Shown in pieces: positions 12,326 through 26,096 of a stretch of DNA of 64,000 nt (within the stretch, counting starts at the first letter, position 1; each line of letters opens with the position of its first letter). A model generated the notes under the pieces. It was not told where the DNA came from, searched no databases, and worked only from the letters and a program-made list of their open reading frames with translations. Position numbers and translations under genes: made by a program. Location: contig CM119263.1 of the NCBI GenBank assembly GCA_051294375.1, positions 31,727,476 through 31,791,475 of the forward strand. Direction: 5' to 3'. This DNA comes from Paraspadella gotoi. Lineage: Eukaryota > Animalia > Chaetognatha.

Positions 12326-13459
12326 GGAGATTATCAAGGGAACAGCTTCGCGAGACAGGAGGAAAAGAGCCAAAGAAAAGAAAGACCTGAATAGAAAGAG
12401 CAAGAGAACAGAGAATCTACGCAGGAAGATACGTTTTTTTTACAAATTAAAGGGGAAAACAGCTACCCCTCGGCAGGCAGAGCAGTGGAAATTCCTAGAA
12501 GGAGGGACAAAGGCGGCATTCAATCGACTAAGAAAGACACAGGACGAGTTCAGATAGCCGCGAGAGCAAAGTTAACTCAGCTAGAGTGCAGAGTAAACAG
12601 GAGTTCCATACTAAAGCAGTTATACACGGACAGAAAAAAGGTGCCGAAGGGGGAGATACCAAAACCCCCTCCGGAAGCACAAGCAGGTTACTTTCCCATA
12701 TACAACACACCCCCAATCCCATTCACTCCACTACAGCGGGACCTCTTCAACAAGATGATCGAAACGACGAAAAAGCTCACAAGCGGCGATGAGCATAGAG
12801 ACTTTCCGCAAATGCAAGAAACAAACATCATGGCCGATGACCTGAAAGCAGCCTGCGCACGGCTGGGATTACGACGCTTGGCCCCAGGCAAGTCAGGGGA
12901 AACCTATCAAACATTGCAAAAACACATGCTAGATAATCCACACATAGCAGGGAGATGGGCACAAGAAAGCAACGCCCTTCTGGACTACCTAGAGACCCAC
13001 GTGGACGAAGCAACGGGAGTTATCAGCAGTCCTCCTGATCATTTGTGGCCGAGAGCCCTTGCATCCATAAACGTCATCCTTCTTCCAAAAGGTGATCCCA
13101 CAGACACTAACCCAAGGAAATGGTGACCCATCACCCTCTTGGAGACCACTCTAAAAGTCATGCTGGAGATAGTGAGGAAGAAAGTAAGTCTCCCTCTCCA
13201 AGACGTGGGGGACAGACGCGCCCGGTGTCTGGTGAACAGGATTTAAGACTCAATCCAGCATAATATTGCGCTCACGGTCATCTTCCTGGACGTGCGGAAC
13301 GGATTCGGGTTGGTCCCTGTGGATAGGTGCTACCCCTGCTTCTGGGCAATGGGGCTGGATGGTCGCTCCGCGGCAATCCTGACGTGTGCGTCCCAACACC
13401 TCACGGCAAGGATGGGAGAGATGGATTTCAAACAACTAGAAGGCTGCACGGTGCCTCAG
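12326..13459 (+). mobile_element. RLE-type non-LTR retrotransposon, N-terminus to RT domain 3 (decayed)
   Basis: RLAPGKSG (domain 0), VILLPKGD...KW*PITLLETTLKV (domains 1-2, with CGA>TGA), VIFLDVRNGFGLV (domain 3). Confidence 0.85.
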
Positions 13460-14773
13460 ACCTCCAGGAAAAAAAAAAAATTCAAAATCCAGTGAAAAAA
13501 GTCATGTCATCGATTTCGATTTTGATAGGTTAACTGATAAGTAAATGGTCTTGCGGGCTTTTTACCAGAAAATATCGCTAAAACTCGTAACCTTTCTTTC
13601 TTTTCTTTTGACTTTTCTTTTACTCCTCTAAAATAAATTATTTTTTTATTTTGCCAACTGCCATTTTCATATACTATGGTCAATTGCATAAAATGATACG
13701 GCGTTCGAAAGCTGATTGTCTCACCTTGGATATGTGCATAAGGACAAATGTTATTTTTTCAAATGTATAAAGTAATATATTTTTTTCTTAACATACTTCA
13801 TGTATTTTACATTAAAAAATTTTACAAAAACTTTTTTTTTACTTTATGTCACTCGTTTAACCAGGTTTATCACTGCTGGTAATATCTATAGGTTTTATTA
13901 GATAAAGGAAGGTTTACTTAGTATGTGTTTGATGCGATTCATTGCGATTTTTTAAATTAAGAGAGAATTTGATTTTTCAAATCAGGTATTCAACCACAGA
14001 CATTCGCGCAAAATATATAAGAAATTAACTATGTTTCAAGAATTTAAAATTTTTTTTGCAGTTACCCGTTTAAACAGGTTTATTATATTTAAAAATTGAT
14101 AATAGTTTTAATAGTTAGTAATCGGTTTTGGCTATTATGATCTGTTGTGGTCTGTTGCGGTTTTGAGTTTTAGGAAAGAAATATACTTTACCAGTTGACA
14201 TGTCAATCATCAAAAATAACAAAGAAAGAACTAGGTTTTCAAATTTTTCTTTCTGACTTTCTTTATTCGTTTAACCAGGTTTATCTGAACTAAATATCAT
14301 TGTCAGGTTGAACAGGTAGCATAAGGTTCTAGTAATAACTGGTTAATGCGGATTTTAGCGATTTTGTATTTTAAGAGAGAAAAAGCTTTACCAATGAACT
14401 TCTCAATTCCAAGAAATAACAAAGAAAGAACTAGGATTTTAAATTTCTTTCATATTTTATTTTGACGAATTCGTTTAGAAGGTTTTGTTAAAAAAGAAAT
14501 ATATTTATGTTTAAAAGCTGGCCTGGGATTACAGTGATATAGGGTTAAAACAGATTTTCGTTATTTCAGTTTTAATGGAGAAAGAACTCATCCAGTAAAC
14601 CCAACAGACCCTCAGATTATCAAGTTTGCTCAAACTTGTTTTATTTTCACTGTTTGGGGATATTTGTTGTCTTGTTATCTTGTCTTGTCTAATATTATAT
14701 CCTCTTTGTCGTCATTTTAATCAATAAATTAATCAATCAATGAATCAACTTGAATAAAAAACTTATATTCATT

Positions 14774-14810
<37 letters not shown>

Positions 14811-15491
14811 GAAGAGAAAGGCACGAGACCGACGAGACGACGACAGACGACGACAAAGACGACGACAACCGAGGTCGATGGACTGACCGATTGACCGGAC
14901 CAAGGTTGACCGTACGACTCGTTCGCCCTCTCTCTCTTTTACCATTTCTCCCGCCCTTTCTTCTCTTAACTATAATAACCGCAAAGTAGTTAAATAAAAA
15001 CAACGCGCTCTTTTCCCTTTCTATTTTTTCTTCTTATTATGCAATGAGAAAAGAGGAAACCAACCACTGACCAAGCAAATATGACAAAATTGTGTTTGCA
15101 TGTTGTAGTTTTAGAAACATATTCCTTTAAAATATATTAGTAAATATAAATATTTAAAAGCAAAACAAGAAAAATTTCTTAAAAATATGTATGTTTAATT
15201 ATATCAATTTTAATAATTATATAAACATTTGATGTCATTATTATTAAAAGCAAAAATAAAAACAATTTGAATATTTTTTTGAGTCTTAGACTAATATTTA
15301 AATTGGTGACACTAATCGGAGGTGGGTGGGATGTTGGCGCGATTTAAAATCAGGCAGTGTGTAGGAGATAGGCGGACGGAGGAAGGAGCAGGGCGTTAAC
15401 CTGGAGGTCTTTTTGAAAAATCAGGCAGTGTGTAGGAGATAGGCGGACGGAGGAAGGAGCAGGGCGTTAACCTGGAGGTCTTTTTGAAAAA
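13458..15491. mobile_element. ~2-kb AT-rich insertion splitting the RT between domains 3 and 4
   Basis: 11-bp inverted motif agacctccagg (13458) / cctggaggtct (15400, 15471), a 71-bp tandem duplication at the right end, ~205-bp degenerate internal repeats and tcag on both flanks. Confidence 0.6.
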
Positions 15492-15810
15492 TCAGGCCAT
15501 GTGGGCTGCTGCCAGGGGTCCCCCCCGGCACCCGACGGGTTCTCGCTCACCCACGCGGTTCCCCTCCTAGCCTTGAACGTCACCAAGATGGGTGGAACCT
15601 GCATACTATATGTGGATGACAACATGGCCTCATTCCAAGGCCTCACGGAGCAGAGCTCAAGGCAGAAGGCAGCAAAGTGGATAAAGGACGCCATACCAAA
15701 GATGGCGCTAGTGAACCTTCAGGTAAATCCGGCTAAATGCGCCGTACTTACCTTTGAGGCTTCTAGAGGGAAAATAGCATACCCCATGGACGAAAGTTGG
15801 GCACTCAATC
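15492..15810 (+). mobile_element. Same retrotransposon, RT domains 4-6
   Basis: GCCQGSPPAPDGFSL (QG.P.SP-type motif), LYVDD, NLQVNPAKC. Confidence 0.9.
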
Positions 15811-15835
15811 NNNNNNNNNNNNNNNNNNNNNNNNN

Positions 15836-17020
15836 GGTCACTCTACGGGGCTTTTTCTCTTTGAAGACTATTGCCCTTCCTCAGCTCGGCGCTCCCACTG
15901 TGGCTAGGCAGGATAGGACTCCATGTATTGAGAGTCTGCCACCCTCGCTCTTAGCTTTGGTAGTGTGATGGCCCCTAACTCCTTTTAGGATGGAGGAGGG
16001 ATCACCCGCCTCATGCTCTTGTACTCAACTGCTGGTAAGTCGATATCTCCAGACACTTCACTCCTTCGCTGAGGTGGCTCCGCCAGTTCTTGGCCGCAGC
16101 AACTTCCAAGGCGTAGAATGTGAAGTCGTCTTTGAGCATCTTTCCTAGGGGGCTATTCCTGTCCCTTAGTGGTGGTTGTTAGGTTTAGAAGTAAACCTGC
16201 TGACCTGATTCCGCCCGATTATGGGAGGTTTCCCTAGCTCAAGAGCCCCAACCCAAGGAACCTCGCAAAGGTGAACAAACCAATGTCAGGAGGCCATTCC
16301 GTGAACCCCTGTTAGGCCTGGGATGGCTCCTCTTATGATCTTCCGCATCGCACCTTCCAGTTTTTCCAATTGCCGTCTCACACATCGGGCTCATTGCTTG
16401 CCACGAGTGGCATTACCATCGAAAGTCTCTTCCGCAAATCTGCTAAACAGGACTTAGAGGGGCAGTCCACGGGTCTCCGTTCTTGCCTCCTTCCACACCT
16501 TGATCATATGGTTGGTCATTTGAGTCACGTCGAAAGTCGCCGCCAAGTATCCTGTTCTGTGTAATACGTCCATCTTCGGCGGCAGTCACCTGCCCTCCCA
16601 GGTACCTCGTACTGGTAAGGTACTGGGAGTCTCTCCCTGGTGGTGGAGTTCTCCCTGGGGGGAGGACTATTGGAGAGGGACGTTTGCTATTCGTAGTGGA
16701 TTGAGTGCCCAACTTTCGTCCATGGGGTATGCTATTTTCCCTCTAGAAGCCTCAAAGGTAAGTACGGCCGCATTTAGCCGGATTTACCTGAAGGTTCACT
16801 AGCGCCATCTTTGGTATGGCGTCCTTTATCCACTTTGCTGCCTTCTGCCTTGAGCTCTGCTCCGTGAGGCCTTGGAATGAGGCCATGTTGTCAATCCACA
16901 TATAGTATTGCAGGTTCCACCCATCTTGGTGACGTTCAAGCTAGGAGGGGAAACCGCGTGGGTGAGCGAGAACCCGTCGGGTGCCGGGGGGGGACCCCTG
17001 GCAGCAGCCCACATGGCCTG
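15836..17020 (-). mobile_element. Same retrotransposon, RT domains 4-7 and thumb/linker (error-rich copy)
   Basis: RYLGGQV (domain 7); homologous to 32165-33210. Its end (gagtgacc) is continued exactly by tcaatacc at 26097. Confidence 0.85.
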
Positions 17021-20000
17021 ATTTTTCAAAAGACCTCCAGGTTAACGCCCTGCTCCTTCCTCCTACACACTGCCTGATTTTTCAAAAAGACCTCCAGGTT
17101 AACGCCCTGCTCCTTCCTACACACTGCTTGATTTTAAATCGCGCCAACATCCCACCCACCTCCGATTTGGTGTCACCAATTTAATGATTAGCCTAGACTC
17201 AAAAAATATTCTAAGTTGTTTTTATTTTGCTTTTATAATAATGACATCAAACGTTTAATATAATTATTAAAATTGATAATATTTAAACATACATATTTTT
17301 AAGAAATTTTCTTGTTTGCTTTTAAATATTTATATTTACTAATATATTTTAAAGGGAATATGTTTCTAAAACTTCCAACATGTAAACACAATTTTGTCAT
17401 ATTTTTCTTGGTCAGTGGTTGGTTTCCTCATTTCTCGTTGCATAATAAAGAAGGGAAAATAGAAAGGGAAAAGAGCTCGTTGTTTTTTATTTAATTTGCG
17501 GTATTATACTTATTTTTATCTCTCTCTCTCTCTTTCTTTCTCTCTCTCACTCTCTCTCTCTATGAATATAAGTTTTTTATTCAGTTAGTTGATTCAATGA
17601 TTGATTGATTTATTGATTAAAATGACGATAAAGAGGATATAATATTAGACAAGACAACAAATATCCCCAAACAATGAAATAAAAACAAGTTTGAGCAAAC
17701 TTGATAATCTAGGAGGTCTGATGGGTTTACTGGATGATCTTCTTTCTCCATTAAAACTGAAAATAACGAAAATCCGTTTTTAACACTATATCACTGTAAT
17801 CTCAGGCCAGCTTTTTAAACATGAATATATTTCTTTTTTAACAAAAACCTTCGTAAACGAATTTGTCAAAAATAAAAGATGAAAGAAATTTAAAATTCTA
17901 GTTCTTTCTTTGTTTATTTCTTGGAATTGAGAAGTTTATTGCTAAAAGCTTGTTTCTCTCTTAAAATACAAAATCGCTAAAATCCGCATTAACCAGTTAT
18001 TACTAGAACCTTATGCTACCTGTTAACCCTGACAATGATATTTAGTTCAGATAAACCTGGTTAAACGAATACAAGAAAGTCAGAAAGGAAAATCTGAAAC
18101 CTAGTTCTTTCTTTGTTATTTTTGATGATTGACATGGTCAACTGGTAAAGTATATTTCTTTCCTAAAACTCAAAACCGCAACAGACCACAACAGATCATA
18201 AATAGCCAAAACCGATTACTAACTATTAAAACTATTATCAATTTTTAAATATAATAAACCTGTTTAAACGGGTAAACTGCAAAAAAAATTTTAAAATTCT
18301 TGAACATAGTTAATTTCTTATATATTTTGCGCGAATGTCTGTGGTTGAATACCTGAATTTGAAAAATCAAATTCTCTCTTAATTTAAAAATCGCAATGAA
18401 TCGCATCAAACAAATACTAAGTAAACCTTCCTTTATCTAATAAAACCTATAGATATTACCAGCAGTGATAAACCTGGTTAAACGAGTGACATAAAGTAAA
18501 AAAAAAGTTTTTGTAAAATTTTTTAATGTAAAATACATGAAGTATGTTAAGAAAAAAATATATTACTTTATACATTTGAAAAAATAACATTTGTCCTTAT
18601 GCACATATCCAAGGTGAGACAATCAGCTTTCGAACGCCGTATCATTTTATGCAATTGACCATAGTATATGAAAATGGCAAGTTGGCAAAATAAAAAATAA
18701 TTTATTTTAGGGAGTAAAGAAAAGTCAAAAGAAAAGAAGAAAGGTTACGAGTTTTTAGGCGATATTTCCTGGTAAAAAGCCCGCAAGACCATTTACTTAT
18801 CAGTTAACCTATCAAAATCGAAATCGATGACATGACTTTTTCACTGGGATTTTGAATTTTTTTTTTTTTTCCTGAGGTCTGAGGCACCGTGCAGCCTTCT
18901 AGTTGTTTGAAATCCATCTCTCCCATCCTTGCCGTGAGGTGTTTGGGACGACCACACGTCAGGATTTGCCGCGGATGCGACCCATCCAGCCCATTGCCCA
19001 GAAGCAGGGGTAGCACTTATCACAGGGACCAACCGAATCCGTTCCGCACGTCCAGGAAAATGACCGTGAGCGCAATATTATGGCTGGATTGAGGTCTTAA
19101 TCCTGTTCACCAGACACCGGGCGCGTCTGTCCCCCGACGTCTTGAGAGGGAGACTTACTTTCTTCCTCACTATTCTCCAGCATGACTTTTAGAGTGGTCT
19201 CCAAGAGGGTGATGGGTCACCATTTCCTTGGTTAGTGTCTGTGGGATCACCTTTTTGGAAGAAAGGATGACGTTTATGGATGCAAGCTCTCGGCCACAAA
19301 TATCAGGAGGACGCTGATAACTCCCGTTGCTTCGTCACGTGGGTCTCTTAGGTAGTCCAGAAGGGCGTTGCTTTCTTGTGCCCATCTCCCTGCTATGTGT
19401 GGATTATCTAGCATGTGTTTTTGCAATGTTGATAGGTTCCCCTGACTTGCCTGGGGCCAAGCGTCGTAATCCAGCCGTGCGCAGGCCTGCTTTCAGGTCA
19501 TCGGCCATGATGTTTGTTTCTTGCATTTGCGGAAAGTCTCTATGCTCATCGCCGCTTGTGTGCTTTTTCGTCGTTCGATCATCTGTTGAAGAGGTCCCGC
19601 TGTAGTGGAGTGAATGGGATTGGGGGTGTGTTGTATATGGGGAAAGTAACCTGCTTGTGCTTCCGGAGGGGGTTTTGGTATCTCCCCTTCGGCACCTTTT
19701 TTCTGTCCGTGTATAACTGCTTTAGTATGGAACTCCTGTTTACTCTGCACTCTAGCTGAGTTAACTTTGCTCTCGCGCTATCTGAACTCGTCTGTGTCTT
19801 TTTAAGTCGATGTGAATGCCGCCTTTGTCCCTCCTTCTAGGAATTTCCACTGCTCTGCCTGCCGAGGGGTAGCTGTTTCCCTTTAATTTGTAAAAAAACC
19901 GTATCTCCTGCGTAGATTCTCTGTTCTCTTGCTCTTTCTATTCAGGTTTTCTTTTCTTTGGCTCTTTTCCTCCTGTCTCGCGAAGCTGTTCCTTGATAAT

Positions 20001-20489
20001 CTCCATGAATAGCTACTGGAGCCATGTTTTGTAAAAAATCGCGTGAACCCAGTCTCGATTCCGCACCAGTCAATCAAAAGAAGAGAAAACTTTTACCGTG
20101 AAAATATTTTTTCAAGGCCTTCCGTGTCAAGCAGAACTTGAACTAGCCAGGTTTATCCGTCTCCCACGCTTAGGACCATGTTAAACATCTCGAGATCTTT
20201 TGCTTGATATGCATCAACCTAGGGTCTACGAGGACCTTTTGGTCTTCCACGCACGGTCAGGTGGCCTGGGGGGCCAATACCGTCAATTCTGGGGTCTCTT
20301 TTTGCTTACTCCCCGCTCGCGAGGTAGCCAAGCTAGGCGACGCGGAGTCACCTGTAAGGCTTGTATCTGTCAGACTTGAACTAGGCTTGCCATTCATCTT
20401 CTTGCAGAGGACTCGCCGACAGGGCCGAGACCCGCAATGCACGCCCAACGGCGTAAGCGCAGAGCACGCCACGGAACTCCCAACACGAT

Positions 20490-20783
20490 CCCGAGATCCG
20501 ACTACGAAGCTTTTTTAACTGCAGCAACTTTAATATACGCTAGTGGAGCTGGAATTACCGCGGCTGCTGGCACCTGACTTGCCCTCCACTTGATCCTCGT
20601 AGGAGATTTAAATTACGCCCATTTCCGATTACGGAGCCTCGTCAGAGTCCCGCATCGTTATTGATCGTCACTACCTCCCGTGCCGGGAGTGGGTAATTTG
20701 CGTGCATGCTGCCTTCCTTGGATGTGGTAGCCGTTTCCCATGCTCCCTCTACGGTGTAGAACCCTTATTCCCACTCCCGTTAT
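20490..20783 (-). rRNA. 18S rRNA: Mirror copy of the 18S rRNA fragment
   Basis: Reverse complement of 11539-11833, within the inverted duplication. Confidence 0.9.
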
Positions 20784-22071
20784 GGGGGCGGGCGGAACGA
20801 GTAAATCCGCTATTTCGCGCGGTCACTTGACCAAAATACTAAAAATAGCTGTAACTCATAAACTACTCTTTTGGATTAGAACGAAATTTGATTTCCTATT
20901 ACGACTCGGTTTTGTCTGAATTGTTTTCACAAAGTTTCGTCAAAATAAATGAACGTACGTACGTACACCGGCCGCCTTAATATTTATAGTAAAATTCTGT
21001 TTTTTCTAAAAAATGGCTATTAAATCGTAAACTAGTGGGTCGATTGGGATAATATTAAAGATCCTACTACGTCTCGATGTCGCTACCACCATACCCGGTT
21101 TCGTACGAATTCGTCGACGGACGGACGGACGGATGGACATCATTTTTTTTGCATAATTTATCATAATTCGGGTTCTGATAGATAATAATGATTTACCGAC
21201 AATATTTTGGGTGGGCCGACGGACCGACAAAGTTAATTATAGAGTCGGAAATCTGCAGAGCCGACTAAAAAGTAACAAAGCGTGGTAAAAAGATTCTCAA
21301 TATTTGGCATATCTTTTTTGCATCGACTGGGTTTATTTCTCTTATACAGCAAATTATAGGTATGACAGTGAAATGTTTTTCGACATCTTTAACGTAATTT
21401 TCTCAGTTCTCAGCCCCGATGTTAATGTGCGCATATTTCCTCTTTTCTGAAAGCTATAATAACACTTTTTTGAACAGAAAGAGTGCAAGACCTGAAGCAT
21501 TGCCAAATTAAAAAAAATACAAAAAAAAATAACTAACTCTATTTAAAATAAAATAAAAACAAATAATTAAATACCAAAAATGGTGAAAACTAAATTACGA
21601 TTTTTTTAAATTAAATAAGTTTCGAGTAGATATCCTTTATTAAAAATGTCAATATATTTTTTCCTAGATAGTACAATATTTTTTTGAGTTGGTCAAACTT
21701 TATGAGCCCAAACTCTTAGGTTATTCTAAATCAATTGCAGGGGGACGAACTAAAGGGTATAATTTCTAGGTCTCTCTCTCTCTCGCGCACCGTTTTATGT
21801 TTTTATCTTGGTTTTCCTGTCGCGTCGCAAAGAGATCCAGAAGGGAGAGAATGAAAGTGGGAGGAGAGAGAGAGAAAGAGAGAGAGATAGAGAGAGAAAG
21901 AGAGAGACAGAGATGTGAGGAAAGTCAAAAAATGCCTGACTGGAAACTGAGATAAGCAGAGAAATAAAAGAAATAAGATAAAAAAAATTAAAAAAACGAA
22001 AAGAGAGAGATTACACAAGATGTATAAATTATTTATGCCACCTGTGGGAATAGAGACAAAGAGATAAAGAG

Positions 22072-22110
<39 letters not shown>

Positions 22111-24078
22111 AGAAAGAGAGAGAGTACAGACACACAGAACAGACAGACAGACAGAGAAAATGAAACAAAAAGAGGGACACAAAAAGAGAGAGAAAGACAG
22201 AGAGAGAGACGGAGAGAGAGAGGAGAGAGAGAGAGGAGGAGAGAGAGAATATGGTAAAAGAGGCGACCAAGGGGAAACTAATTTCTTGTTCATACATTTA
22301 TAGCCAAAATAAACTTTGAGGCGAAGAATTAATTAGATTCGACGAAAGAAAAAATTTAAAAAAAAAAATTGAATCTTTTGGTTCATTTTTTTTTCGGTTT
22401 TATTTTTCCAGAGTTCCCCATTTCTGTTAGATTTATCTAGAATTTTAACCATAATATATGAAATGGAATATATGAAATATATTCTAAATATGGTTTAGTA
22501 ATCTTTAACTTAAATATGGAGCGTTCTGGAAAATAAAATAAAATGGGGCGTTCTGGGAAAATATTTCTCTTTGTTCATTTTTTTTCCCCGTTTTTTCTCT
22601 GGGTTGATTTGTTTACTACGAATTTGGAACTATTTGCATTTAATTGTTACTGTAGTAGTAAATTTTCATCTTTTTTGAATATTTTTTTGGCGATTGCGCT
22701 ATCGCATTCCTTTTTAACATCAAGTCTCGAGTTCGAATCCTGCCCTCCCCAATTTTTTTTTTTTTGTTGAGTGCAATCAGACAAGCGGTCGGTGATTTTC
22801 CAAATCCTCCAATGACCAAATCATGAAATTTCTTTGGCGCCAAGATTTCTCACAAGCTTTACCTCTGCTTGTCTTTGCTTGATGAAAAAATAGTTCATCT
22901 TTTTTATATTTATTTATTTATTTTTCCCTTTTTATTGCGCCGAAATCCCTGTCTACTACTTGAATGGTATTCGCGAGCAATTCTATGAATTAATTTTCGG
23001 TCGGTCGGTCGGGTATCCAAGCAATCAATGGGGTATAATTCATGTAATACTGAGTTATTTCAAATATACTTTGCAGAAAGGAAAGTAAGGTTTTATATAT
23101 TTATAAAGTCATCTTATTCGGAGATCGGAGAGCAAAGGCAGCCTTTTCTTGTTTTACTTAAGTTAATCTTTTAGTGTTAACCAAAAAACCATAAGATGCT
23201 TGTTATGCAATCTGTATATTATACGGTATGTTCTGACTTGATAGACTCGTGATCATTTGAAGTTGCTTCACACAAGAAAGTCACTGCTGCGCAACATTGT
23301 AACTGGTCACATTTTTCTTTTCTTTTCTTTTCTCTTTTCTTTTCTTTTCTTTTCTTTTTATTCTATTCTATTCTAATTCTATTCTATTCTATTCTATTCT
23401 TATTCTATTCTTCTTCTATTTCTTTTCTTTTCTCTTTCCTTTTTTTTTTCTTTTTACTTTTTTTTTTCTTTTTCTCCTTTTTTTTTCTTTTCGTCTCTTT
23501 TTTCCTGCATTTTTCTTTTTCTTCGTGTCTTTTCTCTTTTCTGATATTTCTGTCATTTTTTGTCATTTTGGCATTTGGGCTCTGACAAGTGCGACGTAGG
23601 AATGAAGATAAGATACGATGGGATTTTTTTCCAATTTTAGCATCAAAAAATATTTTGAAGGAAAAGAAAATAGTTCGAGTATCTATGATGACATTTGTGC
23701 GGCTCTCTTCTCCCGAGAGTGCTCCATTTCTGGTCTCTCTTTTCCGAGAGTGCCCATTTCTGTTCGGTTTCCAGATTGGTTTAATCCTAACCCTAATTCC
23801 TATTCTAATCCCAATCCTAACCTAATCCTGAACCCTAACCCTTAATCCTGTATTTTTAATCCAGTAAGAATGATGGAGGGAAAAAAATTCGATTAAAAAA
23901 AGAAAAAAAAGAAAAAAAGAAAAAAAGTTTGAGGTCGAATTTTTTTGGTTTGAAAGTCAAAAGTTTTGATGGAAGAAGAGACATTTTGCTTTCATTATGA
24001 AAGCGATAATTAATGGAGAGAGAGAGAGAGAGTAAGAAAAGAGAGAGAGAGAGAGAGGAGGATAATTAATGGAGAGAG

Positions 24079-24114
<36 letters not shown>

Positions 24115-24638
24115 AGAGAGAGAGGAGAGAGAGAGAGAGAGAGAATGGGTGAAAGAGAGAGAGAGAAAAGATAAGTAATATTTTAGAAGAAAGAAAAGAT
24201 AGGTAAATGTTTAAAAGAGAAGAAAAGATAGGGAAATATTTAGAAGAGAAAAAGAAGAGAAGTGAAATAGATAATGAAAGTGAATAAATGTGAAAATGAG
24301 GCGAATTAAAAATTAACTCGAGTGAATTGATAAATGATAATGATAAATGATAATAGATAAATGTAAATGTTAAATGATAATAGATAAATGACAATTGATA
24401 AATGATAAATGATAATTATAAATGATAATTTATAATTGATAAATGATAATTGATAAATGATAATAGATAAATGATAATTATAAATGATAAATGATAATAG
24501 ATAATGATAATTGATAAATGATAAATGATAAATGATAAATGATAATTTATAATGATAAATGATAATTGATAAATGATAATTGGATAAAATGATAAATGAT
24601 AAATGATAATTGATGAAATTTAATTCTCTATGTTTTAT

Positions 24639-24712
<74 letters not shown>

Positions 24713-25944
24713 GAATTTGCATTTTCAAAAGTTTTCGTTTTGTTTTGACGTTCGTTTCGAGTCCTTGACGTCGGGTGGGAGTGGCAACGGGTGGAAAAGA
24801 GGAGATGGCATTTCCTGTGAATGTGGCATCAAAGAAGATCGATGTCTGTGATGGTTTGACTCATGATTGTGTCACTGAAAATAAAAAATGACGCAATAAA
24901 ATGAGAGGAATTTGGATTTATTGATAAAGTGATCATGATGATGATGATGACAACGTTGAAGATAATGATAAGGATGATAATGATGACGACGATAATGAAT
25001 TATTGAGGCTAGGTTGACTGCGTCAGAGCTAACAACAACGACGACGACGAACGACGACGACCACAACGACCGTTTATGTAGACGGAAAATTCAAACTTTA
25101 AATATTTAAATAAGGAAAATCCGCCCGGAGAGGGAGGGAGGGAGAGAGAGGGAGAGGGGAGAGGGAGGGAGAAAAGAGAGAGGGAGGGAGGCGGGGAGAG
25201 AAGGGAAAGAGATTGGAAGGAGAGGGGGAGAAGAGAGGAAGGGAGGGGACGAAGGAGAGGAGAGGCAAAGAAGGGAGAGAGATGGATGGAGAGGGGGAGA
25301 AAAGAGAGAGAGATGAAAGGAGAAGGGGACGGAGGGAGAGGGAGGAGGAAGGATAAGAGAGGGAGGAGAGAGAGAAGGGGAGGGAAGAGAATAAGAAGAG
25401 AGAGGGGAAGAGAAGGGAAAATTATGGAGAGAGAAGAAAAGAGTAAGATATAAAGAGAATTTTCATTAAAAGAAGAAAGTATGAGATAAAGGGGGAAAGA
25501 AGCATATTTTTCAAGAGGGCTCATTTCATTTTAAACTGGGAATTCATATCTTTTATTTCAAGTTTATGGATTTGGGTTAAGGATTTGCATTATGCACTAG
25601 GGTTTTATGATTATGGATTAAGTTTCATGGTTCGTATCAGCTTAAGCTTAAATATTAGGATTAAAATCAAATTTGGGGATTCGGATACAGAAATGGGAAG
25701 CTTAGGGAAAGAGAGCCAAAAAAGTTAAGCAAAGAGATGGAAATATGAACACAGAACAGGAAAAAAAATAAAGAGGGTTTATTACGATTTTGTAAAGATT
25801 TGATTTGATGCAAAAAAAATTTATGCACGATTTTGTCCTTTAAAATTTCCTTTCACGTTCAAATCTGTTTTTTTCTTTTTTTTTTTTTTTTTTTGATAAT
25901 TCATGATTTCGACTAAAAGGCAAAACCCGAAAAAAATTGATACT

Positions 25945-25985
<41 letters not shown>

Positions 25986-26096
25986 TTCCTCTCTCACACA
26001 CACACACAAACACACACACTCTCTTCTTCCCTCAATTTAATTCCGTTTAATTTTCTTTAATCATTCATTCACTTTTCTTCTCACTGATCAATGGTT

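Noticed and set aside
13451-15495. The 2-kb RT interruption as a spliceosomal intron (gtgcct...aaatcag)
   Set aside because: The donor is weak and splicing would not restore the RT reading frame.
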